Assembly: GCA_036265615.1 (NCBI GenBank)
Contig: DATAOT010000122.1
Location: forward strand, 10,526 to 74,525
DNA length: 64,000 bases
Source: Aestuariivirgaceae bacterium
GTDB lineage: Bacteria; Pseudomonadota; Alphaproteobacteria; Rhizobiales; Aestuariivirgaceae
Direction: 5' to 3'
Under the pieces are notes generated by a model. That model saw nothing but the letters and a program-made list of their open reading frames with translations. It did no database searches and had not been told where the DNA came from. The translations under genes and the position numbers were made by a program. Of this stretch, positions 62,058 through 64,000 are shown piece after piece. Numbering within the stretch: position 1 is the stretch's first letter; each line of letters begins with the position of its first letter.

Positions 62058-63499
62058 TCGATTTCCACGAGATAGCCGCCGATCAGATGCGACACCGCAA
62101 TCAGCGTGTTGGCCGGACGGATTTCAGCAAAATACCGGCCATGCACCCGGGCAACCTCTTCCCAGTGATCGGGATTGGCGAGATAGATGCGGGTCCGCAC
62201 CACGTCCTCGAGGCTCGCGCCCAGCGCCGACAAGCATGCGGTTATCTTGTCGAGGATATAGGCGGTCTGGCCGGCCGGGTCGTGCGGGCAGATCATCTCG
62301 TCGAGACCATGGGTTGCCGTGGTCCCGGACACCAGTATGCGGTCGGCGCGGCGAACGGCGCGGGCAAATCCTGCGACATCCTCCCAGATGCTGCCGGAAG
62401 CGATCTCTGAGCGGGCATCGCTTCGCTGCTTCACCGAGAAGATCGTCGGCATGGCCCGCAGATGATGTGAAAGGTCGCCGGAAGCGGTCAGGAAGGGCGG
62501 CTTGCGATATTCGTCGCCGCAATCGCCGGCGAGGCGGCGGGTCGAGGCGAAGGCCTCGTCCAATGATGCGAGATCCTCCGAATCGAGCGCAAAGGAGAAG
62601 AGGCGCAGATTGTCGTCCCGGTGCTCTCGCTCGCCGAGCCTCGCGCCGACGATGATGGCGGCGACCGATTGGTGCTGCAGCACCCAGCGCGTCGCCACAT
62701 TGGCGAGCGAGACGCCATGGCGCCGCGCAATTGCGGCGGCGGCGCTCAGGATGCGCTGAAGGGAGGCCCAGCCGCCGCTCGCCGCAATGAACCGGCGATA
62801 TTTCAACTTGCTCCAGTCATTAACGGCGGCGGGTTCGGGCGCGTCGAGCCAAGTATCGGAGAGGAAGCCGCCGCAGAGCGCGCCATAGGCGAGAAGCCTT
62901 ATTCCATTGCCGAGACAGAAATGCTGCATGTCCTCGGTGGCGCGACGATCGATCAGCGACATGCTCACCTGGTTGCTCGCCACGGGGACGCCGCTGCCAA
63001 GCAGCACCCGCAGGTGATCGGTGTTGAAATTGGTCACACCGACTGCAGCAATCAGCCCTTCCTCCTTGAGGCGCACCAGCGCGCGCATGGCGTCGACATA
63101 GGCCGGATGCTCATACATCCACCAATGGAACTGCATGAGATCGATGCGCTCGACGTCCATGCGCCTGAGCGCCCGCTCGACCGCGCCGCGAACGCGGCCG
63201 CCATCCATGTCACCCGGTTCGGGGCACCATTTGGTGAAGGCGCGGAACGGGCCGACCGATCCGGCCCGATGCCTGCGCGACAGAGCTCCGATGATCAGCT
63301 CGGCGCTGCCATAATGATCCGCCATGTCGAATGTGTCGAAGCCGGCGGCGACGTAGCGGGCAAGATCATCGGACGCGGCTTCCCGGTCGAGCTCGCGCCC
63401 ATCGCGTTCCATATCCGCCACTTGCCACAGGCCGGTCACGATCCGACTGATCCCGAGACCGGGCGCAAGCTCGGTGCGCTCCGGACGCATCGGGGTCAT
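62024..63499 (-). CDS. Aldo/keto reductase fused to C-terminal RidA/YjgF-family domain
   Basis: The N-terminal ~330 aa is AKR-like (FDMADHYGSAE, VGVTNF, ASNQVSMSL). The C-terminal ~125 aa is YjgF/RidA-like (ILVSGTTA...VRTRIYL...YLVEIECEAI). Confidence 0.75.
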   Translation of the reverse strand: MTPMRPERTELAPGLGISRIVTGLWQVADMERDGRELDREAASDDLARYVAAGFDTFDMADHYGSAELIIGALSRRHRAGSVGPFRAFTKWCPEPGDMDGGRVRGAVERALRRMDVERIDLMQFHWWMYEHPAYVDAMRALVRLKEEGLIAAVGVTNFNTDHLRVLLGSGVPVASNQVSMSLIDRRATEDMQHFCLGNGIRLLAYGALCGGFLSDTWLDAPEPAAVNDWSKLKYRRFIAASGGWASLQRILSAAAAIARRHGVSLANVATRWVLQHQSVAAIIVGARLGEREHRDDNLRLFSFALDSEDLASLDEAFASTRRLAGDCGDEYRKPPFLTASGDLSHHLRAMPTIFSVKQRSDARSEIASGSIWEDVAGFARAVRRADRILVSGTTATHGLDEMICPHDPAGQTAYILDKITACLSALGASLEDVVRTRIYLANPDHWEEVARVHGRYFAEIRPANTLIAVSHLIGGYLVEIECEAIIAGASG

Positions 63500-64000
63500 C
63501 GGCGATGCTTGCGGCGGTACGCCCGCCAGGTCATGGCCCAGCGGGCGGGATCGTCGAGAACGTCGCCCTTGATCTTGCGGATCGCCTGGCGGTGCGGTGC
63601 CGTTCGGACAAGGTCAGGCGTTTCATAGGCCTCGCGCACGATCCGGGCGATGACGTCAACCCAGGTGTCGATGTCCTCCTTGGAGTACATCTCGCCGGCT
63701 TCGGGCGTGAACGGCTCGGGCACGACCCAGGGCTCATGGCTCATCCACCAGGGGTCGATGCCGTAGTCGGCCATGCGGTTCGCCACCTCGACGGTGCCGA
63801 TGCCGGTGTCCTCCTTGAGCTTGCCGAGACTCCAGCGCGTCATCTCCATGCGCCATTGCCGGTTGTCGGGATTGGAACGGCTGAGGCCGCCGATCTCGGC
63901 AAGCTTGCGGTCCATGTAGTTGTTGGCAAGAACCGAGAGGTCGGAAGCCTGGTCGATTCCGGCGGCGCCCATGGCGCGGGCCCAGCCATAGGCCTTGAGG
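63496..64000 (-). CDS. Glycine dehydrogenase (decarboxylating) subunit 2 (GcvPB)-like protein, C-terminal part (5' end outside window)
   Basis: The frame stays open to the window edge. VANRMADYGIDPWWMSHEPWVVPEPFTPEAGEMYSKEDIDTWVDVIARI parallels the GcvPB C-terminus (..DYGFHAPT..MIEPTESESK.ELDRF..A) but is clearly divergent. Its stop overlaps the next start (ATGA). Confidence 0.65.
   Translation of the reverse strand, partial: LKAYGWARAMGAAGIDQASDLSVLANNYMDRKLAEIGGLSRSNPDNRQWRMEMTRWSLGKLKEDTGIGTVEVANRMADYGIDPWWMSHEPWVVPEPFTPEAGEMYSKEDIDTWVDVIARIVREAYETPDLVRTAPHRQAIRKIKGDVLDDPARWAMTWRAYRRKHRR

Noticed and set aside
1-64000. Search by eye for CRISPR arrays, tRNA/rRNA genes, IS elements, integrases, toxin-antitoxin pairs or known defence-system genes.
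   Set aside because: No spaced direct-repeat arrays and no cloverleaf-like or rRNA-like conserved segments were seen. No transposase, integrase or recombinase motifs appear in any credible ORF. The only repeats are two in-frame tandem repeats and one REP-like hairpin pair.

Overview
GC-rich bacterial chromosomal segment that looks alphaproteobacterial (Hyphomicrobiales/Rhizobiales-like). The lineage guess rests on BA14K, IalB and DUF1127 proteins and a G/C-rich REP-type hairpin element. I support about 66 protein-coding genes. I see no rRNA, tRNA, CRISPR, transposase, integrase or phage genes. The long Arg/Pro/Gly-rich ORFs antisense to or out of frame with real genes are GC shadow ORFs. The window is dominated by transport and catabolic operons with many 1-4 nt start/stop overlaps. 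Transport: one TAXI-TRAP system, Kup, ModABC and five further ABC importers (two polar amino acid, one NitT/TauT type, one sugar, one polyamine type). Left to right: ppc 3' end, 2OG oxygenase, TAXI-TRAP, orphan TadG/vWA, kup, SDR, dps, MarC. Then a DMGDH-like flavoenzyme coupled to a choline-kinase-like gene, and an operon with two enolase-superfamily genes around an amino-acid ABC importer. Then an envelope/stress group (BA14K, LysR, DUF1127, DUF3618-like repeat protein, IalB), a RibD_C reductase, and a cNMP-binding TrxR-like flavoprotein lacking CxxC. Then a CoA-transferase / degenerate MoeA / MoeA-PBP operon next to modABC with a truncated modE, an orphan glycosyltransferase, and an agmatinase + SDR + NitT/TauT ABC module with a divergent amidohydrolase-like gene. 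Then a sugar ABC operon, a polyamine-type ABC operon with a 2-hydroxyacid dehydrogenase, a DUF882 peptidase, and an opine/hydroxyproline-like catabolic island with a GntR regulator. The right edge holds a GcvPB-like / AKR-RidA fusion / ATP-NAD-kinase-like operon that runs out of the window. The best candidates for undescribed biology are the molybdenum locus (25.9-32.7 kb), the right-edge operon, the two-enolase transporter operon, the opine-like island with shared dyad operators, and the CxxC-less cNMP-gated flavoprotein. All functional calls come from motif recognition by eye; no database search was run.
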